A stretch of DNA of 63,624 nucleotides, the filler included, from Collodictyon triciliatum (Eukaryota), in the NCBI GenBank assembly GCA_043381765.1. It is 4 parts of 4 records of this genome, joined end to end, with 100 filler letters (N's around TTAATTAATTAA, not from the genome) between each part and the next. Parts side by side here need not be neighbours in the genome. Positions count along the whole stretch, not along the records: positions 16,051 to 31,856 come from JBHJMP010001633.1; positions 31,957 to 47,747 come from JBHJMP010001634.1; 2 more parts are not named here. The stretch is one strand, 5' to 3'. Below are positions 26,999 through 45,275 of the stretch, piece by piece. A program made the position numbers and the translations under genes. How positions within the stretch are numbered: the stretch's first letter is position 1; each line of letters starts with the position of its first letter. A model generated the notes under the pieces. It saw only the letters and a list, made by a program, of their open reading frames with translations. It ran no database searches and was not told where the DNA came from.

Positions 26999-29900
26999 CT
27001 AGCCTGGTTCGTAAACAACTACGCATCCTGTTTCTCTTCGCAAAGGGTCGCTGGATAGAAAGCGGCAGGTAAGGTATATGTAAAGCACGTAGAAGAAAAA
27101 TAGAGATTTGAGCATTGATAAGCACACACGTAAAGCATCACGAGCTTTCGTCATCCCCGCTGTCGTCAAGACCCTTCAAAATGGAGAGGATGTCCTGCTC
27201 CGAATCAGAATCCCTATCGTTGTTTTCCGCTTGCTTCTCCGACTCTGAATCAGACGAATCATATCCACCAAAGTTTGGTCGACTTGGAAGCACATAATCG
27301 TCGAATGGAGAACAGTCATCGGAAACCGTTCTCTCCTGTGGGTTTGATATATCTACCATACGCGTGCTTTCAAGTGTCGTAGGTGCGTGAATGTTGGCAT
27401 CGGCTCTTTGAGTATCAGCACCATCATTAAATTTTGGGGAGCTGTGAACCGATGGCGACTGAAGAGTCTTTGGCTCGGGGCTGTGTTCACTCTCTGGTGG
27501 TCCATCGCGGTTGGTAGAATCAACTCGTGGGCGTTTTCCTGCAGAGTTGGTGGAATGAATCCAACCAAATGCAGGTTCGGAGGTTGGTTGTCTCGGTAGC
27601 TTTTTTGGAGTCTCCTGTGGCATCGGTGGGTCTTTCCTTTTCTGCTTCCAACCATCCGCCGAAACGACCACCTAGGTAAGGCCAATATTATGAGCCGAAA
27701 CAAATCCTCCAAACAAACGTCACAATCAACGGCCTCTTTCATTTTCCGGACCAAATATGAATATAACCATGGTAATAAGGCCACAAACCTCACGAAGATG
27801 TTGCACATTTTGACGGAAATGACTGCGTTGGTGCGAGGGTATCGGCGAAAAACAATCTTTTAGCTTTGATTCTCGAGGCTTACCCGGGGTCTTAGATTTG
27901 GACCCAAGAGAATGTTTGTGCTTCGTAATTCTCTGAGGATGGCCAAAGTCTTTGGTTGAATCAGGCTTTCCATGTGCGAACATAAAGTCCAATGGCGTAG
28001 ATGACGATTGGCTCATGATATGCAGTCCGTCAGTCACGGTTGTCGGAATTGACAACGAAAAGAAGTCATATATTTTGATGATGGTTTTTGGAAGGCTGAA
28101 TTCGTATCTAAATGTATAGAGTACACAATCACATCACTTCATTTCAGTTCAAAAAATCATGTGCTGTATAGGCAATATATTGATTGAGGTACAACTTCTC
28201 TCATTTGCTAATTTTTTTTTTTAAAAAAAAAAAAAAGAGGAGAGGAGAGAACTTGACCCATTATCTGCTTTTAATGAGAAAATAGTGGCATAATCCAATA
28301 ATTTCAGAAACTGGATGAAAAAAGTACCTAGATGTCATATACTTTTCAAGAAACGTGGAGAAGCCATTTGCTTCCTGGTCTAGATGCAGACTAAGGTTAC
28401 TTAGAGACCGAAACAAAGGGTCAAGTTTCTCGTCGTCAACGGGGTCACTGCGGCAAAAAAACATAATGTTAGTTGCAAAAATGAAACCCTGAATCAAAAA
28501 AGGAAGAAAAAGGACGAAGAAAGGAACATTCCACTTCTATATACCAATTATGTACAGGTTGGTTGAATCAAAGCTTCCGTCGTGGCATATTTTAAAAAAA
28601 AACAATATTGAATAAAATTACACTATCGGTGTCCTCATGTAAAAAATTTCCATTTGTATTATTGACATCAAAGTATTTCTGCATCGATGTAGATGACCAG
28701 TTTAATAGATACAAGCAATCTGTCGAATGAAATCGGAATATACTGCGAATAACCATTCATCTCGAGAAACAAAACAAAAAAAAATTACCCTCGTATTTGC
28801 ATCTCTATGTTTAATAAGCTTTCCTCCGTTGATCCATGTTTCATATATTTTAGGACTCTCGCAAGCACTTGTCTCTCCAAAATCTTACTCAGAGCATGCC
28901 TTGATTTGTGAAAATTATCCTCTCCTTGCTCTCTTGACCTGTCGAGGTATGAATCGATGAAATTGTATATGGACATCCATGGCGGGTTCAAAACCTTCAA
29001 CATTTTCAGGCAAATATCTGTAAACTCTTGAGTCAAGAAATTGACAGGCTCCGCCGTGCTTTGCTGGACAACTGGCTCCAAGACAGCAGAAGGGAAGGTG
29101 TGGTTTCTATCTTTTGAGTGATGATTTTGTAAATCACTTAGCGGCTTTTCATAAATATCCATCCATTTTTTCCTTTTGAATGCGACTGACTCTCTCTCCT
29201 TTTCCATCTTGTCTGAAACATCGCAGCAAAGAGACTTGTATTTCAAAATCAGGCCGTTAGTAGTGGCAGGAATAACAGAATCTATGGATGTACCTGCCTC
29301 GATTGAGGCTACCGCCACAGAGTCGATCGAGGAGAACGAATGTTCTAGCTGATTGGGGTACGAACGAGAGACACCAGGCTCAGACTTTTTCCAAATAGTG
29401 TTGGATATTGCATCGGATTTTAGTACAGATGAAAGCTGATGGCAAAGAGATCTAGTGTATGGAACAGTCGAGCGTTTGTAGCAGTCCATGTCAGCTATGA
29501 TGAAAGACTCCAGCCCAGTTGGTTCTGGGGAATGCGGCAAGGTTGGGAATAGACCATCGGACACTATTTTTATGTATGCCAACAAAGGGGACACTGGTAT
29601 CATAACCGCCTTCCAAGGTCTGTTTGTTGCTGTAGTTCTGATTGAAATTCGCAAGATTTTCTTGGACAAGAGCAGTCGACTGAACAATTCGGCACAATTG
29701 TGAGAAAGAGCCCATATGTTTGTTCCTTCCGTTGCTCGAGGTATTGGGGAACAAAGCCAGGGTTGGTTGTTTGATAAAGTCTCAACATCTAAAGATTCCA
29801 CGTTCATCGTCGATTCTATTGAAATTTGAAGCTCATCTCCTTGTTTCGCTGTGTGTTTGTGAGAAGAATCAGGGTGAACCGCATGCGAACCGAGTGGATT

Positions 29901-31755
29901 AACCGTTAATATCGTAGAATAAGGTATGAATATGTGGAGTTTTGAAAAATGATAAGATCGAGTCTCTTCAGCATCCGATTTTCTTTCAACTTTGATATTT
30001 GAACACAAAAAGGCGTTCATCACGTGGTATTCACAATTGACAGTGCGGCTATTCTGCGAAAAGAAACTTGATAAGAGGTAAGGAAATGGTACCAATGCTG
30101 AGGAATCCAAGAGCAACTGAAGGGGTGTCACGCAACCCCTCAAGCCCTTAAAAATTGACTCAACCAACAGCAGACCTTGAAATGACCCCATATCTCTTGG
30201 GGAATGACCTTCTGCCAAAGATGAAGAAATCCACCAGAAACTCAAACGTTCAGAAACAACACGTTTCTCCAATGGTTCGGCAAATATCTTTACTTTTTCC
30301 CAGCATTCTCTGTTTTGAGGGAACGACTTGTGAAAAATAGTGGCGCACTTCTGGTATGGAACAAATAACTGTGCATATCTTTAGGACAAATATTTTCATA
30401 GTAAAAATACCACAGAACCTTATTTTAGTGGCTTTCTGTTGAAAGGACTCATTAACGAATGAGAATGATGCGAGGTTGCTATTCTTTTCAGTCCAATTGA
30501 CAAGCTCTTGGCAGGAATTTGGCGCTTGAGCCAAAGTGATGACTATTTTATGGGACTGTATGAAGAGTAGAGGGAAAAAATGAAAAAGAGGGGGAAATTA
30601 AGTCATTTTTTTGCATCAAATATTCCCACATTTGAACCAATCATACCACAACACAATATCTTTATAGATAAAATCGGGTATTTACTCGTTCGGCATACTG
30701 TATCATATGGTGTAAAACGTAACATCAATGTTGCTCTGTAACCTCTTCATCGATGAACCATGGGCAGTCATAAACAGCTGATGTAATATGTCTGAAAAAA
30801 GCTTCCATTCGAGTGATTGAATCTGAGCTAAAAAAAAGTGTATTTTATAAGGTCAGAACAAAATATGAAAAGGGATGACTTGACGAGCTTTTACACAAAG
30901 TATGGCCATTTAATTTGACGGTAGGTAGATTCAACATTCGGTGTGCACCTTTTGCCTTCGATAGGACCAACTGCCATGTTTCTCTTGGCCAACTATAATC
31001 AGAATGAAAACATATTCAAAAGGAATATGAGTGACATGACGAAGGTAATATGTTCCATAGATTCGATAACTTCCAGTTTTTTGTGGAGTTGAGGGGAGAT
31101 ATGACGAGGTGTGTAATCAAAAATAATGAAAAGAATGCAGTCCAAAAGAAAATAAGTGGGGGTATAATGTATAACATTATTTTCATAGTGAATTACCGAA
31201 GTACACAACTCAGCGACATCATCTACGCAATATCCACGAAATGGTGGAACGGCTTTTTTCGAAGATGTTGTATCAAGCCAGTCGACCACGTAATAACTAT
31301 GAGGTATTATGGCACATGTAAGCTAAAGTAATCAAAGGCTATAAACTATGGATGACAAGCTGATTTATTTTTTAATCCTCGCGCTTTCTTAACGCATTAT
31401 AATAGGTGTACATGGGTAGGCGACATGGCAAAAGTATAGGGCAGGGAAAGTAAGAGTCGGGGTCATACGTCCAGACAGAGTTCTTTGACTTCGAAAACGT
31501 GGCCATGATTTTCGAAACCAGTGGCCCGATCACGCGAAAGGAGTCATCTGCTGTCGGTGCGGACTCTGTGCCGACGAGAAAAAGAACCTAATGAACCCGC
31601 AGAAAAGTCGATGTTACTTGGAAGAGGCGGAAAAGATGTTGGCCAATATGACTCCGCTCAAAGGGCTCCCGTCTTCATGTGGCACAGTACCTGCAGCTCT
31701 GGCGATGGGCTTTGCATCTGGACGTTGGCGTTCCTACGCTGGGCAGTGTATTCTT
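26999..31755 (-). CDS. TICRR: Treslin/TICRR (Sld3-family) replication initiation factor; 5' end truncated, last exon uncertain (alternative stop at 27138)
   Basis: N-terminal vWA-like motifs in Treslin order: VLFLVGT, WTYYVVD...FR, AVYDCPW, VITLAQAPNSCQELVNW, RLSFWWIS, GCVTP...SALVPF. Sld3/Treslin-domain-like FSTFLEKYMTSRYEFSLPKTIIKIY. Downstream CDK-type site ETPKK and a low-complexity tail. Assignment is from recalled motifs. Confidence 0.75.
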
Positions 31756-31767
31756 TGTTGTTTATTG

Positions 31768-31856
31768 TTTATTGTTTTTTGTTTTTTGTTTTTTGTTTTT
31801 TGTTTTTTGTTTTTTGTTTTTTGTTTTTTGTTTTTTGTTTTTTGTTTTTTGTTTTT
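31768..31856 (+). repeat. (TTTTTTG)n microsatellite at scaffold end
   Basis: Direct inspection. Confidence 0.95.
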
Positions 31857-31956
31857 NNNNNNNNNNNNNNNNNNNNNNNNNNNNNNNNNNNNNNNNNNNN
31901 TTAATTAATTAANNNNNNNNNNNNNNNNNNNNNNNNNNNNNNNNNNNNNNNNNNNN
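31857..31956. other. Artificial scaffold linker
   Basis: N44-TTAATTAATTAA-N44. Confidence 0.97.
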
Positions 31957-32013
31957 CTAAATCAAGAGAAAATTTTATCAAAATTGTAAGAAAAATTGCC
32001 AATTATAATAATG

Positions 32014-32048
<35 letters not shown>

Positions 32049-32165
32049 TATACGGCGTACAAAAGTAATCATGAAAAAAATAGTTGTATATCGTTTGGTA
32101 TATATATATATCACTACTTTGGATGCCTCTATTCATCTAATTTGATGGGAAAGAGTATCACGTAC

Positions 32166-33924
32166 TCGGCTGAGGATGTAGCAGAGCTTGTCCCTCCAAT
32201 CTTCCACATCAGGAGGGCACTCAGGGATGAGAATGAAATCGGCACCCGTTGCTAAACCGGCCATCAGAGCTAAATAGCCACAGTTGCGGCCCATAACTTC
32301 GACGACGAAGGTGCGTTGGTGCGAAGCTGCTGTGTTAATCAAGGCATCGCATGCCTTGACGATCAGCTGGAGTGCAGAATCAGTCCCAATCGTATAGTCT
32401 GATTTTGGATCTTGTTAGAAAATATATAGTGGTATGTGCTTCTCCCCAGCATTTTAAGTATTTTTACGACATTACTTCATTATTGTATGACATGGATAAT
32501 AATGCAAGGATATATGGATAGTGTGTGTATGCGAAAATCTGCTTGATATCAACTGACCTGTCCCAGCCATATCATTATCAATGCTGCCAGCCAGTCCAGT
32601 AATGGAAAGATAGTCATATTTTTTCCTAAGTAATAAAATAAGTTCAAAGATAGTATTAATTGATGGTCCTTTAGAAACTATGTACACAGAATTTGTATCT
32701 AGGCAAGTGTATAATGGATTAAATCGATGATCTCATTTTACGCAGTCTCTGAGTCAATCATCTTCTGATCCACTAATGTTTGGAGAAGCAGCTTCCATTC
32801 CTCGCGGAATTTGTCAGCACCTGCGTGATCGATATGAACATCACATGGAAGTTTAATTTCGAAAGTAACAAACAACAGGTATATTTTGTAGAAATTATCC
32901 AAGAAGTAGATTGTAAATGACTCTAAAATGTTGAAATAAATATTGGCCTTAAGGTAACATGGTACCTGTAAGAGACCCATCCCCGCCAATTACGATCAGA
33001 GCGTCTATGCCACGAGATACCTTCAATTGTGATATTGTTAATGTATCGATTGGATAAAATTAAAAAATAATGGTAAGATAGTATCTCATCCACTTGTTAG
33101 TAATATAGAAGAGGTACCAAGTTATATGCTGCCTTCAGTCTCCCTTCAAAAGTTCTGAATTCGGCACATCGAGCTGATCCAATACACGTCCCACCCTGTA
33201 AATACGTATTTTGCTCAAAAAAAAAACATCCTCGTCCACAATATTATTTGTATAAATGTTTTCACTTTATTTACATTCGTATAAAAATCATAATTTTCAT
33301 AACACATAGTCATTTCTTACGGTCTTATGAATCATTCAACCAGGTATAAAAACAAAGTTATTTCATAGACATACTCACCAAATGTATGATGCGGGATACA
33401 TCTTTGCTTTCCATCTTCTTGATCATGTCACCTCCATTGACGAGACCTATGTAGCCCTCATAAGCGACAAAAATCTCTGCCCCACGAGCGCAGCCGAGCC
33501 GGACTATCGAACGCAGTGCCGCGTTCATTCCCTTGAAAATGATCCATGAATATCCAAAGTCAATGGGGATGGTTCAAATGGAGAAGATATCAAAAACATA
33601 TGACATGTGTCGAACACAAATGATAGTTTATCACTCGAAATTTCAAGCTTGCTTTTTTTTCTAGTTTCTTTTTCTTGTTTTTTATTTTTATTTTATTTTA
33701 TTTTTGTCTTTTATTCTTATTTGTTTGATTGACAGTGGCAGAAGGGCCAACTGTGAGGACAAGACTGTAGATGCAGATTGTAACATGATTCTCTCAGAAG
33801 GTGTTTGGAAATAGTGAAATACCTGCGAGTCGCCACCGCTGGTGAAAACGCACACACGCTTTGGGTGAGGAGTGCTTGTCTTCGTCAAGTCAAGGCCGAC
33901 TTCTGGCGAAGATTCGGAGCTCAT
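32166..33924 (-). CDS. PFK: ATP-dependent 6-phosphofructokinase, eukaryotic type, N-terminal part (3' truncated by scaffold edge)
   Basis: [94 protein letters not shown] introns in phase. Confidence 0.96.
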
Positions 33925-35230
33925 CTTTTTCTTGGTGTTCCCGCTTGGGCAAATAAAAAAAAATGGTATTATTGTTGGAAAAAAAAAAAGAAGAATGAAC
34001 TGAAAGCAACTACTGAAAAGAAATGCAATACATTCGGAAGGAAAGAAGGATTAATGAAAAGATAGGGAAATAAGAAAGAGAGAAAAAAAAAGATTGATTA
34101 CACAAATTACAAATGTAAAAGGAAAAAGGTGTTTGTGTCCTTGTGATCGCCCAGCTATCACCAGAGCGAGTCCCAGCGGGCTGCAACAACACAAGCTTCG
34201 TGTATTTGTCAACCTCATTTCTCCAACCTTATCATCATCCAAGGAAAACATTTATCATGTTCCTTGTGGTATTTTTTTTTTCTTTCTCGCCACCCTGGTC
34301 CCCGCTTTGCTGCTTGATTCAATCACAAACGTGCGCATTCCAGTCTTCCCCTTGGCGCAGATGGAAGGCTACTGCAGGCATATGAACCTTTGACAGCTCA
34401 AGCTTTTGGCTAAGTTCCACAAAAAGAAATCTAGTTCTATAATAGTACTAAGATTTAGTTAATGTCAACCTCCCATAACAAAGTACAATCACATAAGATG
34501 TTTTGTGCGCTGGACAGAAACAGGTTACACATGACCTATTTGTCGGTTGTCCCTTTCTGAAGCGGAATATTTGTTACGGTACCTAAACTGCCAGTCCAAG
34601 GAGAAAAGCAAGAAAATTTCTGGAAACTGCCGCGTCGCCCACAGCACCATAAAAAGGTGCGATGTCCAGATTCGGCTCTGCGATGACATAACGTTAGCAT
34701 AGCGTGACATAAAAACGCCAGAGTGTGATGACATCGGGTGCTGGTGACACCAAGGCATGAGCAATGACAAATGCAGTATTGGTATGTTTTTCGGATATTA
34801 GACTATACTTTTTTTCTTCTTTTTTTTTTTTAATTTCTCCCATGCCGGAAGAAGGCGTCTCGAAGTGGGCGGTGCTTTTGGCCTGCTCGATATAAATACG
34901 TCGCAAGGCAGTGACGAATTTGAGTTGTGGGTGGGGTGTGTGAAAAGGACAAGCACTGAAATGATCTCAGGAGACAAAAGGAATAGAACAAAATGACCAA
35001 GGTTTTGTCAACCAGTAATGCAAGCAAACAAATAAACAAACAAGCAAAAAAACACCAACAACTATTATTGCGTATATGAGAGGAAAATCTCTGTCCTAAA
35101 GTTTGCTTATCTTCTCGTATTTGTTTGCGTCTTTCCTCTTGAGAAACATCGTACCAACCTTCTGCCTCTTGCCTACCAGAGTAAACGATAGCATTAACAT
35201 TTGTCTAAATTATTGGACTTATTATTATAG

Positions 35231-35970
35231 AAGCAGGAAAGTCAGTCACCAGAAGGAACATCAGGTCAGAATTGCGAATGAGTACAGACGAGTCGCACAG
35301 GAATTCTTCGCACAACCACAGCACCGAGCACATCCGCCGAATCATCAACACCCACCGAGCACAAGTACAGCACAAAATTGCCGCTTTCCTAAACGCCAGC
35401 TGTGTCCGGACTTTCTCAGATAGTGATGCGCGAAAAGGCACAAACCAGCACTCTGAGCTACAAGAACATACAGTGGGTCAGGACGAGTCACTCTTTGAGG
35501 TGGTGGATATAAAGACACCGGTGGAGGAAATGCTCTTCGTCGCACAAAACAGTCTTCACTTGCCCGACGAAGTCGTGTTTCTGGCGATTGTATATTTGCA
35601 GCGATATCTCCATCGTGCGCACAAGGTGCTTACCACACGCAGTCTTCCATCGCTCTTTTTGACCGCCATGTTGTTGGCTTCAAAGTTTCTCCTCGATACG
35701 CCTTACAATAACCTCACATACTCTTACCTCGCTCAATGTTCTGTGGTTGATATGAATCACCTCGAGGTGGAATTTCTACGTTCAATATCCTTTCATCTCA
35801 TGGCCACCGAGTCCAATATCCTTCGCATTATGGAACTTTTCGCTGCTGATGTCGCTTCTCCAGAGGCTCAAAGAGAACATACGCACACACACATGGTTTC
35901 AAATCATTCCGAAAGAGGAGACCGTCTTCAGCATAGAGCAGGCCCTTCAAATACCCATAAGACTCTTTGA
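35231..35970 (+). CDS. PHO80/Pcl/cyclin-U-type cyclin (main exon; upstream exon or exons uncertain)
   Basis: Cyclin box VVFLAIVYLQRY...LFLTAMLLASKFLLDTPYNNLTYS...MNHLEVEFLRSISFHL. Confidence 0.88.
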
Positions 35971-36439
35971 TTGCTCGCGTCTGTTGACCATTTATATATA
36001 TTATTTCTTTTTTTCCCGTCCTCTTCGTCGTTTTGATATCACAAAAAGTTCTGGATGTGAGGAAGAGGGGTCATATGAAAGGATAATAGTAAGAAAGAAT
36101 GAAAGATGACGGCAAATCAACTCATACTGGACACGCTGCGAATACCCACTGGCTACTCAATTAAATCCACTGTGTTATTTCCTCTGCTTCCTGGCAACAT
36201 ATACCAAATACCACTTCTGTCGTTTGTATATCCCAGTCCGCCTAGTTGCGCGCCATCATACCGTGGGATGTGAATGTTGCTTTGGTTGATACAGCGAGTG
36301 TGTTTTGCCGTCTTTCTTCTCTTTTCATTTATCTTTTCGTGGAGAATAAAGAGACAAGCGACGCCAAGTTGTTCCTTTCAATTTTTCCTAACGATGGCAG
36401 AAACGCTTCTACTTTTTCTTTCTTCTTTCTTCTTTCTTC

Positions 36440-36520
36440 TTTTTTCTTTTTCTTTTTCTTTTTCTTTTTCTTTTTCTTTTTCTTTTTCTTTTTCTTTTTC
36501 TTTTTCTTTTTCTTTTTCTT
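36440..36520 (+). repeat. (TTTTTC)n microsatellite
   Basis: Direct inspection; a similar tract lies at 40033-40110. Confidence 0.95.
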
Positions 36521-36541
36521 AAACTTCGCTCAACTCTCTAG

Positions 36542-41282
<4,741 letters not shown>

Positions 41283-41656
41283 CCCTTTCATCGTCGATTC
41301 GGGTGGGGAAAAAACTGGCTTATCTTGCCTACCCAACCAAGATGAAAAGCAAAAGCGGTGGGAAATAAAGCAACCATATCAAAATCGAAGGTGAAACGTA
41401 TCCTCTTACGGCGCGATCATATCGTTCATGAAAGACAGCCCATTTTATGATGCAGAAGGTCTTCAAAATAAGCATAGGTGGCATTGTATTTAAGGCTATG
41501 GGTTATGTCAGGAAAAGCAGTTCACAGAAGAACACAGCTGTCGTTTTCTTTTGGTTGTATAGAATACATATGTGTGCAAGAATTCCAGTTGGAGCACAAC
41601 ATGAAATGAAAGGAAGGGCCCCGAGGTACCCGTTCAATCCTTGCAGAACGAATCCA

Positions 41657-43656
41657 TCAATACAGCCCGTTTTTCTGACGGAACTCTTCCAATTGCATCA
41701 TCTCCTCTTGTAATGTAAACTGTGTCTCTGGCTTCTCATGGAGGTCATCCGCACCTGATAGCTTCGTCTTTGACGATGCAGGCGGCTTTGTGAACGAATT
41801 CCATGCCTTTTTTCTGGCAAAATATTCTCCACGCTGAAAAGCCTCTTCTCTTTTTTGTTGCATTTTATCTTTAGTGGTTTGTATGATTTTAGTAAATATT
41901 TTCTTGCTATAGTTTTTTTGTCTTTTTTTTTTTTACACCAGTTTCGTTCCTTACTGAGGTTTAAATAGGTACAATATTTATATATACTTTTTATTTTCGT
42001 AAGGAGAGTGGCATATCTGATACAAAGAAGGAGATAATAAACTCGTCTTACATTTCATAGTATCCAACCGAACAAGACGATTGAATTCGGAGTACTCTTT
42101 TCTTAGCTGCTCATGTTTACGTTCTCGGATTAGCTGTTCGACAGACTGAGGCGGGGGCATTTGCAGCTTAAAATATGGTGTATTTTGTCAGTGTCATTTT
42201 TTATTTTTATTTTTACACAACAAAAAGAACGGTATATTATGACGAAATTCACACAAAAGTCGAAGAGAAGATAGCAGCGCCCATAAAAAAAAAAAATCGA
42301 CTGCGTTTTCAGTAATTGTTACGTACTTTATACTGGCTCCAATGCATAGAGATGGGGGCAGATATTTGACTGACCTAGTTACATAGTAATTTCGTTCATC
42401 ACTTTTTTTTTTTTTTAAAAAAAAAAAACACTCCTAATTTGCTCTGCTGTTTTATCATTCTCTGTATTTATACCTCACGCATCTTTATGTAAAAACCCCC
42501 ATAAAAATAAGCTGTTTGGCTTCTTTTTTTTTAAAAAAAAAAAAAGAGAGAGGGGGGGAAAACCTCTTCAAGCTCCGGCGTTCGAACATCCCTGAACGAC
42601 AAATTACAAGATGACGGGCCATGGGTTGGGTAGAACGACCCCGACTTTCTAGCCTGAGACGATGCTGTTTTCAATTGTGTGGGAGAAAAGGATACCGAGG
42701 AAGAGGCATTGAGAATACGGTCGGCTGAGTGGGCTCGTTTGGCCTCCTGTTTCCAGCGTTCCAGCTTCACCTCGGACTTTGCCTCGAGCTGCGTCTCGTC
42801 CACGGGTGCGCCTTTGACCAAATCTTGGAGCATGTGGAGCTGCTCGATGCGATGACGGCGAGGAGAGCCCGTGTGTCTGAGGCCGTGAGCGTACTCAAAC
42901 TGCTCGATGTCAGCAAGCGTGGTTTCACGTTCAAGTTCGTGATGGATTCGCCCCCGCACAAAGTCTGCCGTTGCTTTTTCCCGCTCAGCCCCGATGGTTG
43001 TGTTGAGTGGCTTCCATAATGGTACTTTTACTTTGGCAACGTATTCTACGATGTAATATGATGTGGTGGGATGTGGTGGGATGTGGTGTGATGTAATGTA
43101 ACGTGATATAATTTAATGTAATGTAACGTAACGTGATATGATGTGATGCGGTGTGATGCGGTGTGATGTAATGTAACGTGATGGGATGTAATGGGATGGG
43201 ATGTAATGGGATGGGATGTAATGGGATGGGATGTAATGGGATGGGATGTAATGGGATGTAATTTAATGTGATGTCATTTAATGTGATGTCATGTGGTGTA
43301 ATGTGATTCGATTCGATTTGATTTGATTTGATTTGACATAATCATGGCAAGGAATATACGAATATTTAATAAGAATGCAACCATCACATTTGGAATAGAA
43401 ATGGTTAGCAAGTAAAACCATGCAGAACAAAATGCCCCTTTATACCTATATGCTCTCGGCGAAGGTCGGGCGTCTTTGCTCTTTCTGTGCAGGAAGAGGA
43501 AACTGGCTTCAGATCCTCGTCTCCACGTATCATAACTCCCGGATTCAACGACTGGACGAGCGTCCCACGCGGAAGACTGACTTGCGACGACTGTCCCACA
43601 GAGCCTTTGGAGCGGGTGTTTCTCAACGAAGCCATAACGCCACTGTTTCGATCCAC
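41657..43656 (-). CDS. Hypothetical charged/helical protein, 5 exons
   Basis: ATG at 43656 and phase-consistent GT-AG exons (EYVAKVKVPLWKP..., VSQISAPISMHWSQYK, LQMPPPQSVEQLIRERK..., KMQQKREEAFQRGEYF...NGLY*). No recognisable domain. Confidence 0.6.
43050..43336 (+). repeat. Compound degenerate pentanucleotide satellite (GATGT/AATGT/GATGG/GATTT variants) inside an intron
   Basis: 5-nt periodicity maintained while the unit drifts. Confidence 0.9.
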
Positions 43657-43892
43657 CTTAATGTTTGAATCTCACAAATACAAATATACAAAAACAAAAA
43701 AAAAGAAACAAAAAAAAAACAAAAGCAAAAACATAAACATAAACAAAAAAAATCTGATGGTTTTTTTTTATCTATTTAATATTACATTTAACTCTGTTTT
43801 GACTTGATACAACAGTCTTTTAAAATTCGATGAGAAGGCTATGAACACAACAGACAGTACAAAATATTTCCCTCAGACTAAGACAAGTTGAT

Positions 43893-43923
<31 letters not shown>

Positions 43924-44133
43924 CTCTCTCTCTCTCTCTCTCTTTCTTCTGCTGATAATGAAAAAAATAAGGGAAAGAACACGGTGACGATGAATCCCGT
44001 CAAAGCCGCCGAGACCGATTCATCGTCGATCAAACAACAGCCAATTGCGTGAAACCGTTTATCCCTATGTGGAAATTATATTTATTTCTCTGCCGAGTGT
44101 GCCAATTGCCGACGTGGTTGTCATTCGGCTGAC

Positions 44134-44700
44134 TCAGTCCTTCAACTCAATCACCTCCAAATCCTGCTTGATGGCCAGGGCGTAGTACTCGTCATCTTTC
44201 AGCGGCTGTGCATTCTGCCCACGATTAGCCGTGAGTGCAAGCCACACCTGGATGTCCTCGAGCGTGACCCGCTTAGGAATCTCTCGGTTGAGACCGTACA
44301 CAAAGTAGCAGGCGTCTTCGTTTGTGGCAAAGCGATAGGACAGCTTGTACGAGACCGTATTATGAGGCTCGAGCTTGCTAAGACGGCGATAGCGATTGTA
44401 GAAGATATCTGCAGATTGTGAGGCTTTGCCAGAAGGCTGATCGGGCTGATCAGCTCGCGGCCCACACATGACGTTTCCGTGGTAAGACTTGCGTGAGGAG
44501 TTGACCACTTGGATGGACGGCATATATCCGAGCCACACAGACACGTAGTACATGGCCACGATGAAGAGCACAAGGCCCACGAGATACAGAAGCACGCCGC
44601 GTCGTCCGGTCCGCTCGGTGAAGGCTTCCACTGGGTCGGGCTCGGCTGCGTCCACAACAAGGCCGCTTCGTGGGTTGCGGCGCTGATGCAGTTGGCTCAT
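44134..44700 (-). CDS. Hypothetical single-pass (type II) membrane protein, intronless
   Basis: GC-rich 188-aa ORF with one TM segment (VLLYLVGLVLFIVAMYYVSVWLGYM) after RRG. Confidence 0.7.
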   Translation of the reverse strand: MSQLHQRRNPRSGLVVDAAEPDPVEAFTERTGRRGVLLYLVGLVLFIVAMYYVSVWLGYMPSIQVVNSSRKSYHGNVMCGPRADQPDQPSGKASQSADIFYNRYRRLSKLEPHNTVSYKLSYRFATNEDACYFVYGLNREIPKRVTLEDIQVWLALTANRGQNAQPLKDDEYYALAIKQDLEVIELKD

Positions 44701-45275
44701 GTTTGGCGGCTTCTGTGGCTTTTGCTTTTGTTCTTTTCTTTATTTTCATGTTTGTTGTTCTTGCTTTTGTTTTTGTTTTTGCTTTTGCATTTGTTTGCCT
44801 TTTTGCTTTTCTTGTCCTGACCCTATGTGTGTGTGCAGCTGGTGTGCTGCTTTCCTTGTGGCTGATTCACCACCCGACCGACACAAGCATTGTTTCCTGT
44901 ATGGATTTTATATAATATATATTAAATATATCATCATATGTTGATTTTCATTATTGCTGTCGGCATTTCTATCAAATAGATGATTGCATGAGGTATATAG
45001 TTATTTTCCACAAATGAGCATTCTGGTTTCCTTTGATCGGAAGAGCCATCGGGATCGATTTGTGTTGATCACGGCTTCTCTTGGTTCTTGTTTTGCTGCT
45101 TGTTGTATATGGCCAGGAATACCGGGCGAGTAAACTCACGTTCTTTTCTCCAATCGAGTCTCACAACAACAGCAACTTACTTGTCATTTGCGCAGGTCGA
45201 TCCGATCTGTGCTTTGCAACCGAAGCCGGCCTTTGCTCTCTGCCCGGAGTCCATTTATTACGGTGCGGGTTTTCA

